The notes: generated by a model not told the origin, from the letters alone. Numbered from the stretch's first letter, positions 19,130 to 28,559 are shown. The stretch: DNA of 64,000 nucleotides from an uncultured Gemmatimonadales bacterium (GCA_963793305.1 CAWBZV010000005.1:960001-1024000), one strand, 5' to 3'. A program made the numbers and translations.

Positions 19130-19818
19130 CGGGCGCCGGCAAGCGCGTGGGTCGCGCGCTCGCTCTCGGGCTGGCCCGCGCGGGCGCCCGCGTCGCGGTG
19201 CACTTTCACGCGTCGACGGCCGGCGCGCTCGAGACTGTCGCCGCGATTCGCGATGCGGGGGGCAACGCGCGGGCGTTCTCCGCCGATCTCGCTGACCCGC
19301 ACGCCGCCGGCACGCTCGTCGATAGCGTGGCCGACACGCTCGGCGGGCTCGACATCCTCGTCAACTCCTCCGGCATCATGCAGCGCGTCGCGCTCGCCGA
19401 CGTGACGCCCGCGAACTGGGACACCACGTTTGCGGTCAATCTCCGCTCACAGTTCTTCACGTCCCAGGCCGCCGCCCGCCGGATGGTGAACGGCGGTGTC
19501 ATCGTGAACATGGCCGATTTGGCGGCGTTCGAGGCCTGGACGGAGTTCATCCCACACTGCGTCAGCAAAGCCGGCGTCGTCGCGCTGACCCAGGCGCTGG
19601 CCCACGCGCTCGGACCCCGCATTCGGGTAAACGCCATTGCTCCAGGTGCGGTGCTGCTCCCCGACGGGTTCGATGGCACGCGCCTCGTGAGCACGACGCC
19701 ACTCAAACGCCTCGGCTCGCCGGACGACGTGGTGCAAGCGCTGCTGTACTTGGTCGCTGCCGATTATGTCACCGGTGAGACGATCATTGTCGACGGTGGT
19801 CGACATGTCAGGACCTGA
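19099..19818 (+). CDS. SDR oxidoreductase, pteridine reductase/FolM-like
   Basis: TGAGKRVG, VNSSG, RVNAIAPG and VDGG motifs; catalytic motif reads HCVSK. Confidence 0.85.
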   Translation: MEIAGRIALVTGAGKRVGRALALGLARAGARVAVHFHASTAGALETVAAIRDAGGNARAFSADLADPHAAGTLVDSVADTLGGLDILVNSSGIMQRVALADVTPANWDTTFAVNLRSQFFTSQAAARRMVNGGVIVNMADLAAFEAWTEFIPHCVSKAGVVALTQALAHALGPRIRVNAIAPGAVLLPDGFDGTRLVSTTPLKRLGSPDDVVQALLYLVAADYVTGETIIVDGGRHVRT

Positions 19819-20587
19819 CCGCTACGCCACGATCGTCATTGTCGGCGGCGGCTGCTACGGCTCGTTTTATCTCCGACAACTCTTTCGTGCCCGGTCGGCC
19901 GGTGCCCTGACGTGGGACCGAGTTGTCGTCGTGGATCGCAACCCCGATTGCGCCGCGGCCCAAGCACTCGGTGATGCTCAGTTAGCCATCGCCGACTGGA
20001 CGCCGTACTTCCGGGAATACCTGGGTTCTGCCGACGAGGCCGACGCGATAGTCCCGTCGCCGCTCATGCCGCACTTGATGTACGAGTGGGTCCGCGACCG
20101 TGCAAAAGAGCGCTGGCCAGATCGCGAGATTGTGACCCGTCCCTTGCCGTCAACGCCCCCGACGCCATGGGAACGCGCGGCTCCGGATGGCGTCCACTAC
20201 GTGAGCTTCGCCACCTGGATGTGCCCAATCAATTGCATCGAGCCGGCGACGTGTCCGCACACCAAGGGCCCTCGCTCGTGGACGATGCCGGCAACTATTC
20301 GGGACTACGTGGCGCAAGAGGGAATCGCCGGCCCGGCCTTGTTCCATGTGACGCACCGCGCCTACGGCGTCGGCATGTTGAACGTTGCCGATGTCCTTGC
20401 CGCCGACCGCCTGGTGCGGGACGTGGCCGAGGACAAAGCGGCCCAAGTGTTGGTCGGAACGGTGTCACATTGCCATGGCGCGCTAGCGATCCTGTCGATG
20501 AGCGAGCCGCAGGCGAGCGTTGTCAACCGACCAGTCGAGCGGCGTAGTGTGCCGCATCGACGCGCTGCGGAGCAGCGACCCGGTTAG
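19805..20587 (+). CDS. Hypothetical protein with Rossmann-like N-terminus and Cys-rich C-terminal domain
   Basis: VIVGGGCYG..VVVD; CPINCIEPATCP; SHCHG. Confidence 0.78.
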   Translation: MSGPDRYATIVIVGGGCYGSFYLRQLFRARSAGALTWDRVVVVDRNPDCAAAQALGDAQLAIADWTPYFREYLGSADEADAIVPSPLMPHLMYEWVRDRAKERWPDREIVTRPLPSTPPTPWERAAPDGVHYVSFATWMCPINCIEPATCPHTKGPRSWTMPATIRDYVAQEGIAGPALFHVTHRAYGVGMLNVADVLAADRLVRDVAEDKAAQVLVGTVSHCHGALAILSMSEPQASVVNRPVERRSVPHRRAAEQRPG

Positions 20588-20596
20588 ATTTCAGTC

Positions 20597-21613
20597 ATGG
20601 CGATCATTCGCGACTACGACGTCGTAATCGTCGGCGCCGGCCCGGCCGGAATGACAGCAGCCCTCTACGCCGGCCGCGCGATGCTCCGCACGGTGGTCCT
20701 CGAAGCAGGGCTTTCCGGCGGCGAGCTCCTCCGCACCGAATACCTGGATGACGTCATCGGCTTCCCGATGATCAAGGGCGATGACCTCGCCCAACGCTTC
20801 GAGGAGCACGCCAAGAAATTCGGTGCGACGTTCGTGAACTTCACGAATGTGAGCTCGGTGCAGAAGGTCGACGAGATGATGTTCGCCACCGAGACCGACT
20901 CGGGCAACGTCTACATGTCGCCGGTCGTGATCGTCACGTCGGGCGGTACACCAGTCAAACTCGGAATCCCGGGCGAGCTCGAGTTCGCCGGCCGTGGCGT
21001 GAGCTATTGCGCGATCTGCGACGCGAATTTCTTCAAGAAGCACACGATCGCCGTCGTTGGCGGCGGTGATGCCGCCTGCGAAGAAGCCGACTACCTCACG
21101 AGATTCGCCGACAAGGTCTACCTGATCCACCGCCGCCACGAATTCCGGGCGTCCAAGGTAGTCCAGAAGCACGTGTTCGCGAATCACAAAATCGAGGTCG
21201 TATTCGATACGGTCGCCGAGGAAGTCATCGGCAAGCCAGGTGGCCTGATGACGGGCCTTCGCCTGAAGAATGTCCTGACCGGTGACCGTTCCGCGCTGGA
21301 TGTCACCGGCCTCTTCGTGTTCATTGGTTTCAAGCCGAACACCGATATCATCAAGGCGCACTACACGCACGACGCCCTGGGTTACGTCGTGACGGACGGC
21401 GCGATGATGTCCTCGATCCCGGGCCTGTTCGTCGCCGGCGACCTCCGTTCGCAACTCACCCGTCAGGTGACGACGGCCTCCGGCGATGCCACGACCGCGG
21501 CCATTGCCGCCGACAAGTACCTAAAGGACCTGCGCGAGGCCGGCGGCTCAACCGACAAAGACGTCGAAGAGGCGGTCGAAACATCGCATCTCAACCTCGG
21601 CGGCTGGACGTGA
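20597..21613 (+). CDS. trxB: Thioredoxin-disulfide reductase
   Basis: GAGPAG, GRGVSYCAICD, VVGGGD, HRRHEFRA and GLFVAGD motifs. Confidence 0.94.
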   Translation: MAIIRDYDVVIVGAGPAGMTAALYAGRAMLRTVVLEAGLSGGELLRTEYLDDVIGFPMIKGDDLAQRFEEHAKKFGATFVNFTNVSSVQKVDEMMFATETDSGNVYMSPVVIVTSGGTPVKLGIPGELEFAGRGVSYCAICDANFFKKHTIAVVGGGDAACEEADYLTRFADKVYLIHRRHEFRASKVVQKHVFANHKIEVVFDTVAEEVIGKPGGLMTGLRLKNVLTGDRSALDVTGLFVFIGFKPNTDIIKAHYTHDALGYVVTDGAMMSSIPGLFVAGDLRSQLTRQVTTASGDATTAAIAADKYLKDLREAGGSTDKDVEEAVETSHLNLGGWT

Positions 21614-22263
21614 GCCCGCTCACGGTCCGACCCGCACTCGTCGGCCCGTTCGAGGAGAACGCCTATCTCGTCGTCGACCCCGAGACGCGCGATGCCATCT
21701 ACATCGATCCCGGCGATGAGGGCGATCGCCTCATCGATCTTCTGCGCGCCTCCGAGGCAAAGCTCCGCGCGATCTGGCTGACGCACGGCCATGTCGACCA
21801 CATCGGCGGCATCGCCGCCCTTCGCCGCGCCCACGACGTGCCGATCTATCTGCACCCCGCCGATCGCCCACTCTACGATGACGGCGCGAAGTTCGCGGAG
21901 ACGTTCAGCGTACCGTTCGAGGAGCCCCCTCCACCCGATGTCGACTTGGCAGAGGGTGATAAGCTTCGCCTCGGCCGCACGACCTTCGATGTCGTGCACG
22001 TGCCCGGCCACTCGCCTGGTCAGGTCGCTTTCCTGGCACCCGGGATCGCATTCCCAGGCGATCTCATTTTCGCCGGCTCGATCGGCCGGACGGACCTCCC
22101 ATTGGCCGATCCCGCGGCTATGCTCCACTCCCTGGAGCGCGCGGCAGGCTGGGATGCCTCACTCGTTCTCCACCCGGGCCACGGTCGCTCAACGACCGTG
22201 GGCGAGGAGCTCCGCTCCAATCCGTTCTTGAGCGGTCTCGCCAGGCCCTTGGCACGCCGGTGA
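21610..22263 (+). CDS. MBL-fold metallo-hydrolase (glyoxalase II/YcbL-like)
   Basis: THGHVDHIGG, PGHSPG, GDLIF..GRTD and PGHG motifs. Confidence 0.92.
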   Translation: MSPLTVRPALVGPFEENAYLVVDPETRDAIYIDPGDEGDRLIDLLRASEAKLRAIWLTHGHVDHIGGIAALRRAHDVPIYLHPADRPLYDDGAKFAETFSVPFEEPPPPDVDLAEGDKLRLGRTTFDVVHVPGHSPGQVAFLAPGIAFPGDLIFAGSIGRTDLPLADPAAMLHSLERAAGWDASLVLHPGHGRSTTVGEELRSNPFLSGLARPLARR

Positions 22264-22730
22264 CCCCCATGGCCGCCTCGCCGGTCGTGCGCTCGCTGGT
22301 CGCCCTCACGGTATCTGCGTGGCTCGGTGCCGCCGTTCTGCTCGCCGCTTCAGTCGCACCAGCCGCATTCGCCGTACTCCCGTCCCGGATGCTCGCCGGT
22401 GCGCTCGTTGGCCGGGTGCTTCCGGTTCTGTTCATCACCGGTCTCGTCATCGGTCTTGGCGCCGCGCTCAGCGACGTTTCGTGGCGGCGCGGGCCGGGCT
22501 TTGTGATGGCGGGCGCTTGTGCGATTGCGCAATTCAGCATTGGCCGCCGGATCGATCGCCTCCGTGCATCAATCGGCGGCCCGATCGACGCGCTGGCAGA
22601 GTCCGATCCTCGTCGCATCGCCTTCGGCCGACTTCACGGCCTGAGCGTCGCCTTTCTGGCCGTCGCGATGCTCGCCGCACTCGTGATCGTTATCGCTGCT
22701 TGGAGGTCCTATGGACAGTACAGCCGTTGA
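22260..22730 (+). CDS. DUF4149/TMEM205-like membrane protein
   Basis: WLG..VAPAAF..LPSR..AG and FGRLHGLS pattern; four TM segments. Confidence 0.75.
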   Translation: MTPMAASPVVRSLVALTVSAWLGAAVLLAASVAPAAFAVLPSRMLAGALVGRVLPVLFITGLVIGLGAALSDVSWRRGPGFVMAGACAIAQFSIGRRIDRLRASIGGPIDALAESDPRRIAFGRLHGLSVAFLAVAMLAALVIVIAAWRSYGQYSR

Positions 22731-23259
22731 TGCCCCGCGCCTCCCCATGGTCGATGTCACGGCCAACGTGCCCGACGAGACTCGGGAGATGTTCGACAAG
22801 TTCATCGGCCAACGGGGCCGGGTCCCCAACCTATTTCGCATTGCCGCGCTGCGGCCGAACATCGCGCAAACGCTCGCCGCGCATCTCGATGCGGTGATGG
22901 GTCCGGGCGAGGTGAGCGGGCTCCTCAAAGAGCTGATCGCCTGCCGCGTCTCACAGATCAACAGCACGCCGTACTGCCTGGCGTCGCACAGCAAGCTCGC
23001 GCGCAAGCAGGGGGGCACTGACGCGCAACTCACCGCGCTGGCCGTGCACGACTACTCGGGCTTCGAGCCGGGTTGGTCGGCCGCGTTCGCCTATGCATCC
23101 GAAGTCGCGGCGCCTGGCGGGTACGTGAATGACGCGACCTTCGCGGCGCTGGCCGAGCATTGGACCGCGCCCCAGATCGTCGAGATCACGGCCGTGGCGA
23201 CCGCCTTCAGCCTCTTCAATCGTTTCGCCGACGCGCTGAACATTCCCATCACGACATGA
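22711..23259 (+). CDS. Carboxymuconolactone decarboxylase/AhpD-like protein
   Basis: GRVPNLFR, KELIA..VSQINSTPYCLASH and NRFADAL motifs. Confidence 0.85.
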   Translation: MDSTAVDAPRLPMVDVTANVPDETREMFDKFIGQRGRVPNLFRIAALRPNIAQTLAAHLDAVMGPGEVSGLLKELIACRVSQINSTPYCLASHSKLARKQGGTDAQLTALAVHDYSGFEPGWSAAFAYASEVAAPGGYVNDATFAALAEHWTAPQIVEITAVATAFSLFNRFADALNIPITT

Positions 23260-24678
23260 CCACACGCAGCGAGAAAGACCCACTCGGCCCCCTCGACGTC
23301 CCCGCCGAAGCGCTCTATGGCGTACAGACGCGCCGTGCGGAGCTGAACTTTCCCATCAGCGGCCTGCGCGCCCGGCCGTCGTTCATCACCGCCATCGTGC
23401 AGATCAAGCGCGCCGCGGCGCTGACGCACAAAGAGACGGGACGCCTCGAGCCGCGCCTCGCGGACGCGATCATCGCGGCCGCCGACGAGATCCTGAGCGG
23501 CAAGCACCGCGAGCACTTCGTGATCGATGTCTATCAGGCCGGGGCAGGCACCTCGCTCAACATGAACGTCAACGAGGTACTCGCCAACCGCGCCAACGAG
23601 ATGCTGGGGGCTCCGCGTGGTTCGTACGCGCCGGTGCACCCGAACGATCACGTGAACATGGCGCAGTCGACGAACGATGTGATCCCGACCGCGATACGCC
23701 TGGCCGCGATCTACGAGTCGGCCAACGTCATGCGCGCCGGTACGGAGCTCGCCAATGCATTCGCGGCGAAGGGGCGTGCGTTCGACGACATCGTGAAGGC
23801 TGGCCGGACGCACTTGCAAGATGCCATGCCCATTCGCCTCGGCCAAGAGTTCGAGGCATACGCCGGGACGATCGTCCGCGATCTCAATCGGGTCGAAGAA
23901 TCGGTGTATTACCTCCACGACCTGGGCATTGGCGGCAGCGCTGTAGGCACGGGCGTGAATGTCGAGCCACCGTATCCCGCGCTGATGGTGAAGCACTTGT
24001 CCGAGATGACTGGCCAGCCATTCCGAGTCGGCAAAGATCGCGTGCAGCTGATGCAGAGCATGGGCGACGTTGCGGCCTACAGCGCGCAGCTCAGGGTGCT
24101 GGCCCTCGATCTCAGCAAGATCGCCAGCGACCTCCGCCTCCTTGCCAGCGGTCCCCGCACGGGACTCGACGAGATCCGGCTGCCAGCCGTCCAGCCGGGA
24201 TCCTCGATCATGCCGGGCAAGGTGAATCCATCGCATCCCGGAGATGGTCAACCAGGTCTGCTTCCAAGTGATCGGATGCGACACGTGCGTATCAGCCGCG
24301 GCCGAGCACGGTCAGCTCGAGCTCAACGTGATGATGCCCGTGATCGCGTTCAACGTCCTTCTCGAGAGCGAAATCCTCGGCAATGCGATGGCCGTGCTCA
24401 CTGAACGTTGCGTCACTGGCATCGAGGCCAACGCCGACCAGTGCGCCTATTGGGTCGAGCGCTCGGCCGCGCTGGCCACTGCTTTGGCGCCACAGATCGG
24501 CTACGCCCGTGCCGCGGAGCTCTCCAAGCAGTCGGTCAAAGAGAACGTGCTGATTCGTGATCTGGTCAAGCGTGAGCACGTGCTCCCGCCGGCCGAGATC
24601 GACGAGGTGTTGGACCTTCGTAAGCTCACCGAAATCGGCGTTCCCGGCGGCGCCCATGGGGGCGTCTCGGCTGGCTAG
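23256..24678 (+). CDS. Aspartate ammonia-lyase or class II fumarase, split by +1 frameshift at ~24233-24234
   Basis: GAGTSLNMNVNEV, HPNDHVN..QSTND, GRTHLQDA and GSSIMPGKVNP; continues (IPE)MVNQV..GQLELNV in next frame. Confidence 0.9.
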
Positions 24679-24711
24679 CCCAAGGCTTGAAAAAGAGTTA
24701 CAGTTCAGATC

Positions 24712-25167
24712 GTGCGCATTACGACGTGGGCAGAGTACGGCTTGATCTGTGCTTTGCACTTGGCCAAACGAGCGGCCGAGGGCCCGGTGACCGGGCGTGA
24801 TCTGGCGGCGCGCGAGCGGCTCCCAGCCGACTATGTCGAGCAGATCCTGCTCCGTCTCCGCCGGGCCGATGTGGTGCACTCGTCGCGGGGCGCCCACGGC
24901 GGCTACGTGCTGGCCCGTCCGGCGGACGAGGTGTCCGTGCGGGATGTGATCGCCGCGTCCGAGGGCGCGACGTTCGACCTCCACTGTGTGAGCCACCCGG
25001 TGGAAGAGTCCCGCTGCTCGGAGTCGCACAGCTGCTCGATCCGTCCGGTCTGGCTGCTGCTGCAGAGCAAGATCGACGATGTCCTCGAGAGTGTGCACCT
25101 CGCCGATCTGATGGAAGAAGAGGCCGTCGTTCGCCAGCGCGTCGGCCTGCCTGTCCTGCACGCGTAG
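24712..25167 (+). CDS. Rrf2-family transcriptional regulator with three Cys (IscR-like)
   Basis: YVEQILLRLRR..SSRGAHGGY wHTH; C-x9-C-x5-C. Confidence 0.9.
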   Translation: MRITTWAEYGLICALHLAKRAAEGPVTGRDLAARERLPADYVEQILLRLRRADVVHSSRGAHGGYVLARPADEVSVRDVIAASEGATFDLHCVSHPVEESRCSESHSCSIRPVWLLLQSKIDDVLESVHLADLMEEEAVVRQRVGLPVLHA

Positions 25168-25175
25168 TTCCTGAG

Positions 25176-25754
25176 GTGCTCCCGCCCAGCATCGCGAGCC
25201 TGTTTCGTCGCTGGCGGGATGAGCACGCGCTCGAACGCCGGGCCACTGCCGTCGCTCGCGCCGCGCTGGCCGAACCCGACGAAAGCGACGTCCGCTGGCT
25301 CGCCGAGCGTGGTGCACACGGTGACGAGGACCACGCGCGCTGGGAGTGGCGCTACGCCCGCCGGGCGTTCACGATCATCGTCGCCCAGCGCGATGCGTTG
25401 GACGACCGCACGGGTTCCGCGGTCGCCGCGGCTGTCGGCTCGGCCCTCGCGCGCGACCCGATGATCGATGCCACGAAGCGCCGCGTCGCCACCCGCCAGT
25501 TCAACGATCGCCTGGCGGGCTACAGCGCGATTCTTCGCGACCGCGATCCGTCGACGCCAACATCCGAGCGCCTGGCCCGTGCGTTCCTCGGATTCGCGGG
25601 CACCGTCGACCCGTCCCCCGCCGACATCCTGCGCGGGGCGACAGCACTGTCATCGATGCTGACGGACACGAATGCGACGCTCGCTTTGCATTTCGGCGCC
25701 GTCGACCTGCCGGCCGACGTCGCCCCGTCCGCGCTCAAATCTTCTCGTTCTTGA
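25176..25754 (+). CDS. Hypothetical protein
   Basis: 192-aa ORF 8 nt after the Rrf2 stop, host-like composition. Confidence 0.65.
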   Translation: MLPPSIASLFRRWRDEHALERRATAVARAALAEPDESDVRWLAERGAHGDEDHARWEWRYARRAFTIIVAQRDALDDRTGSAVAAAVGSALARDPMIDATKRRVATRQFNDRLAGYSAILRDRDPSTPTSERLARAFLGFAGTVDPSPADILRGATALSSMLTDTNATLALHFGAVDLPADVAPSALKSSRS

Positions 25755-26241
25755 TCTGATTCCAGCCGCCGACGACCGCGGCTCCAGCGGTTCCGTCGAC
25801 TTTTTGCGGCGTGTAGGTGACGTTCAAGCCACCGTACATGAACGCCAGCATCTCGGACGGCGTTTCGCCTTGCACGGTGTCGCCGGTCCACTGGACGCTC
25901 TGCAGAGCGACGAGCTGGAACTCGAATTTCAGGTAGGTGACGGCGCTATTGCCGCCTGCCTTGTTCAGGACCAGGAAGGCCTTGTCCCACGCGTTCCCCG
26001 CGGCGCACGCCTGGAACAGGAGTGGACTGGAGGAGTCGGGCTGCTTCCGAATCTGAAAGGCGCTGAACGTCACCTTTCCGGCGCCGGCGCCGGTCGACTG
26101 CGAGCCGATGTTGAGCTTCTGTTGGACGTTGAAAGAGAAGTAGTCGATTTCGATCCAGCCCTCGAATCCTTTGCGCGTGGATTCGCCTTTGATCGCCGGG
26201 CCGTAGTTGCCGCCGAACGAGATATACGCGTCGTACGCCAT
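25735..26241 (-). CDS. hcp: Type VI secretion tube protein Hcp (Hcp1 family), orphan
   Basis: IKGES..GWIEI..FSF, GAGAGKVTF, DSSSPLLFQACAAG and GWNQIKN motifs; GAGGA SD before ATG 26241. Confidence 0.92.
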   Translation of the reverse strand: MAYDAYISFGGNYGPAIKGESTRKGFEGWIEIDYFSFNVQQKLNIGSQSTGAGAGKVTFSAFQIRKQPDSSSPLLFQACAAGNAWDKAFLVLNKAGGNSAVTYLKFEFQLVALQSVQWTGDTVQGETPSEMLAFMYGGLNVTYTPQKVDGTAGAAVVGGWNQIKNEKI

Positions 26242-26422
26242 GGGTGTCCTCGTGGAGGGTTCCAATAGCAACGAGCGCAGTAGTCCAGCGTTCTCAAGCG
26301 CAAGCGGACTTTGGGACCGGTTGTCTCGGAAAACGGGTGAATTGGGGCGGAGATTCACGGGGGGCGTGGGGGAAGTGGCGGTGGGGTAAGGAGTTAAGAG
26401 GTAGCCCCTGAATACGAGTAGC

Positions 26423-27232
26423 CTAGTCCCTCTTCCCCCTCCGGTTATGCCAGTTGAGAAAACGCTGCATGTGGCCGTCTTGTACTTCGCTGGGAGAATG
26501 GATTTTCAGGCCCAACTTTTCGCGAACTTCCATCAACAGCGTGTTATGGCCGAATGGGTACATCTGCTCTTCAAAGAGGAGAGTGAATCCGCCACTCTGC
26601 TGGACCTCGTGTACGTAGGACTTCGGAGCAAACCTCATGATAAATAGCGGTGTGACTCGGAGGTGCTTACAAAGCTCGATCTTCGTGGACAGTTCCTCGC
26701 GCGGGATGTAGTTCTGCGTGTTCTTGACCTCCACCCCGTATTCCTGACTGTCCCTGGTGATAATGCGGTCGAGATTGTGATCGGTCTTGGTCCAGGTCAG
26801 GTCCTTCCACGTTCTGGTGTTCTTCGCCTCTGCCCGGAATCCATGTCGTCCGAGGGCGGCATCGAACATCAACTCGCCGTGCCGTCCTATCGCATGCGTA
26901 AAGTCTGGATGGAAGATGCGCTCCAGTAGGGTTGCGATCTCGCGTTGCTCGCGCTTCCAGTACCTGTGCTGCACGTGCGCGTAGAAGTGGACAGTCTTCT
27001 CTTGTACAACAAATGGGGCCCGTTGGATCTGTCGGCCTTGGGCCAGTTCCAGAAGCGCCTTGCCGGTGATCCAGTGAAAAAAGTCGCGTTCGAGGAAAGT
27101 TTCGATTTGCGTCGAGTAGAACAAACGCCGCGGCGAATTGTCGAAGAATGAGAGTAGGCGTGCAATCGCTTCGTCTATCGCCGGATCACGCCGGCGACGC
27201 TCTGGTTCTTCCTCGTATTCGTAATCGTGCAT
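26423..27232 (-). CDS. Hypothetical protein, putative PD-(D/E)XK restriction-endonuclease-like fold
   Basis: GE..ALGRHGF, NLDRII and GVEVKN in nuclease motif I/II/III order; one 60-nt line counted at 55% GC, below the flanks. Confidence 0.7.
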   Translation of the reverse strand: MHDYEYEEEPERRRRDPAIDEAIARLLSFFDNSPRRLFYSTQIETFLERDFFHWITGKALLELAQGRQIQRAPFVVQEKTVHFYAHVQHRYWKREQREIATLLERIFHPDFTHAIGRHGELMFDAALGRHGFRAEAKNTRTWKDLTWTKTDHNLDRIITRDSQEYGVEVKNTQNYIPREELSTKIELCKHLRVTPLFIMRFAPKSYVHEVQQSGGFTLLFEEQMYPFGHNTLLMEVREKLGLKIHSPSEVQDGHMQRFLNWHNRRGKRD

Positions 27233-27412
27233 CGCAGTTGGTTGGTTGTTGGCCGATCTCGCAGCCAGGTGAGCCTTGCCGTTCTAAGTCGGCATTGGAG
27301 GCTCCCCGCGATGTATGCGCCCGACGAATTCCGCTTCCCGGACGGTGGCCTGCGGGGCGAAGGCCCGGCGATTGTCCCATCCGACGCCCGGCGACTGTCT
27401 GACCGAAGACAG

Positions 27413-27524
<112 letters not shown>

Positions 27525-27534
27525 GAGAACAATA

Positions 27535-27563
27535 AGCATAGCGGCGTTGCGCTATCTTGCCAA
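27535..27563 (-). promoter_or_regulatory. sigma70-type promoter for tRNA-Leu
   Basis: TTGGCA-N17-TATGCT ending 10 nt before the tRNA 5' end. Confidence 0.7.
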
Positions 27564-27581
27564 TCGAGGGGACTTTGAGCT

Positions 27582-28559
27582 ATGGCGATCATTCTGCCGC
27601 GACAGCGCTGGCAACCGGTTCGGAAAGGCGGACCAAGCGGTTTCATCGAGACACTGAGCGACGAGCTCAGACAATTCGAGATACAGCTGCCGAACCAATT
27701 TCCTGACCTGGCCAGAATGCCGTGAAGTCGTCATCGCGTCCGACTACGGTGGCCAGCACCAGGGGCCCACGTACCGGGCGTATACGTTCCTTGTCGCGGA
27801 TCTCGCTCAGTGGCGCGCTTTCGCCGGCGATCGGGACGCCGTGCGACGTCGCTATCTGCGGGCGGTCAGAGCCTGGAATTCAAGAAGATGCGTCGTGGTG
27901 ACGCGCGACTGAGCGCGCTCGAACCTTTCCTGGCCACTGTGGATCCTGTGCCGGGTGTCGTCGTGACAGTAGCGGTCGATAGGGGCCTCCATCATGTTAT
28001 CGGCGCTCCGACGCGTGACCAGCTCCGCCGAGCCGCTGGCCCTCCCGCACCTCCGGAGGCGGTGTTCGAGGACATGATCCGGGTATCGATGATCCTGACC
28101 GTTCTCATAGCGGGCTTGTCGAGGAACGGGCAAGAGGTCGTCTGGATCTCTGATAACGATCCGATCGTCGACACGCTCCAACGCGAGCGCCAAATCGACG
28201 CGCTCGTACGCTTGATGACTGGGCACTACGTCGAACACCCGATCGCGGGCGTGTATGCCGCTTCGACACGACAGCCCGGAGCGGAGGCGCTCTTCAAGCA
28301 TTTGCTGGAGATCCCGGACCTCGTGGCAGGCGCGCTTGGAGAGCTTCTGGATCGATATCACCACGCGGGGGTGACTTTGAGCGCCGTGTTGCAGACGGCA
28401 CCCGAGGGGATGTCGCCGAAAACGCGGATCGTCATGAACTGGTTGGCTGCGGACCGCCACGCGCTCAAGCGGTGGGTTTTCGCGATCGCGCCAGCGGCCG
28501 GTACTGCTGTGTCGGTCTCCCTCGTGCGCATGCACGGTACAGCTGATCTCGCCCGGTAG
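27582..28559 (+). pseudogene. Hypothetical gene with two compensating frameshifts (~27712 and ~27859), RNase H/DUF3800-like acidic motifs; pseudogene or sequencing error
   Basis: GAGGGG SD then ATG 27582; stop at 27723; shifted frame gives VVIASDYGGQH..YTFLVADL; returns to original frame for SLEFKKM..WISDND..IPDLVAG. Confidence 0.6.

Noticed and set aside
24225..24250. Programmed frameshifting in the aspartase/fumarase gene, and likewise wbpA and wzc
   Set aside because: No slippery heptamer or stimulatory structure; better explained as sequence error
26262..26310. sigma54 or ECF promoter upstream of hcp
   Set aside because: TTGC is present but the -24 GG is missing; a GAAC-N16-CGTT match is too weak to call
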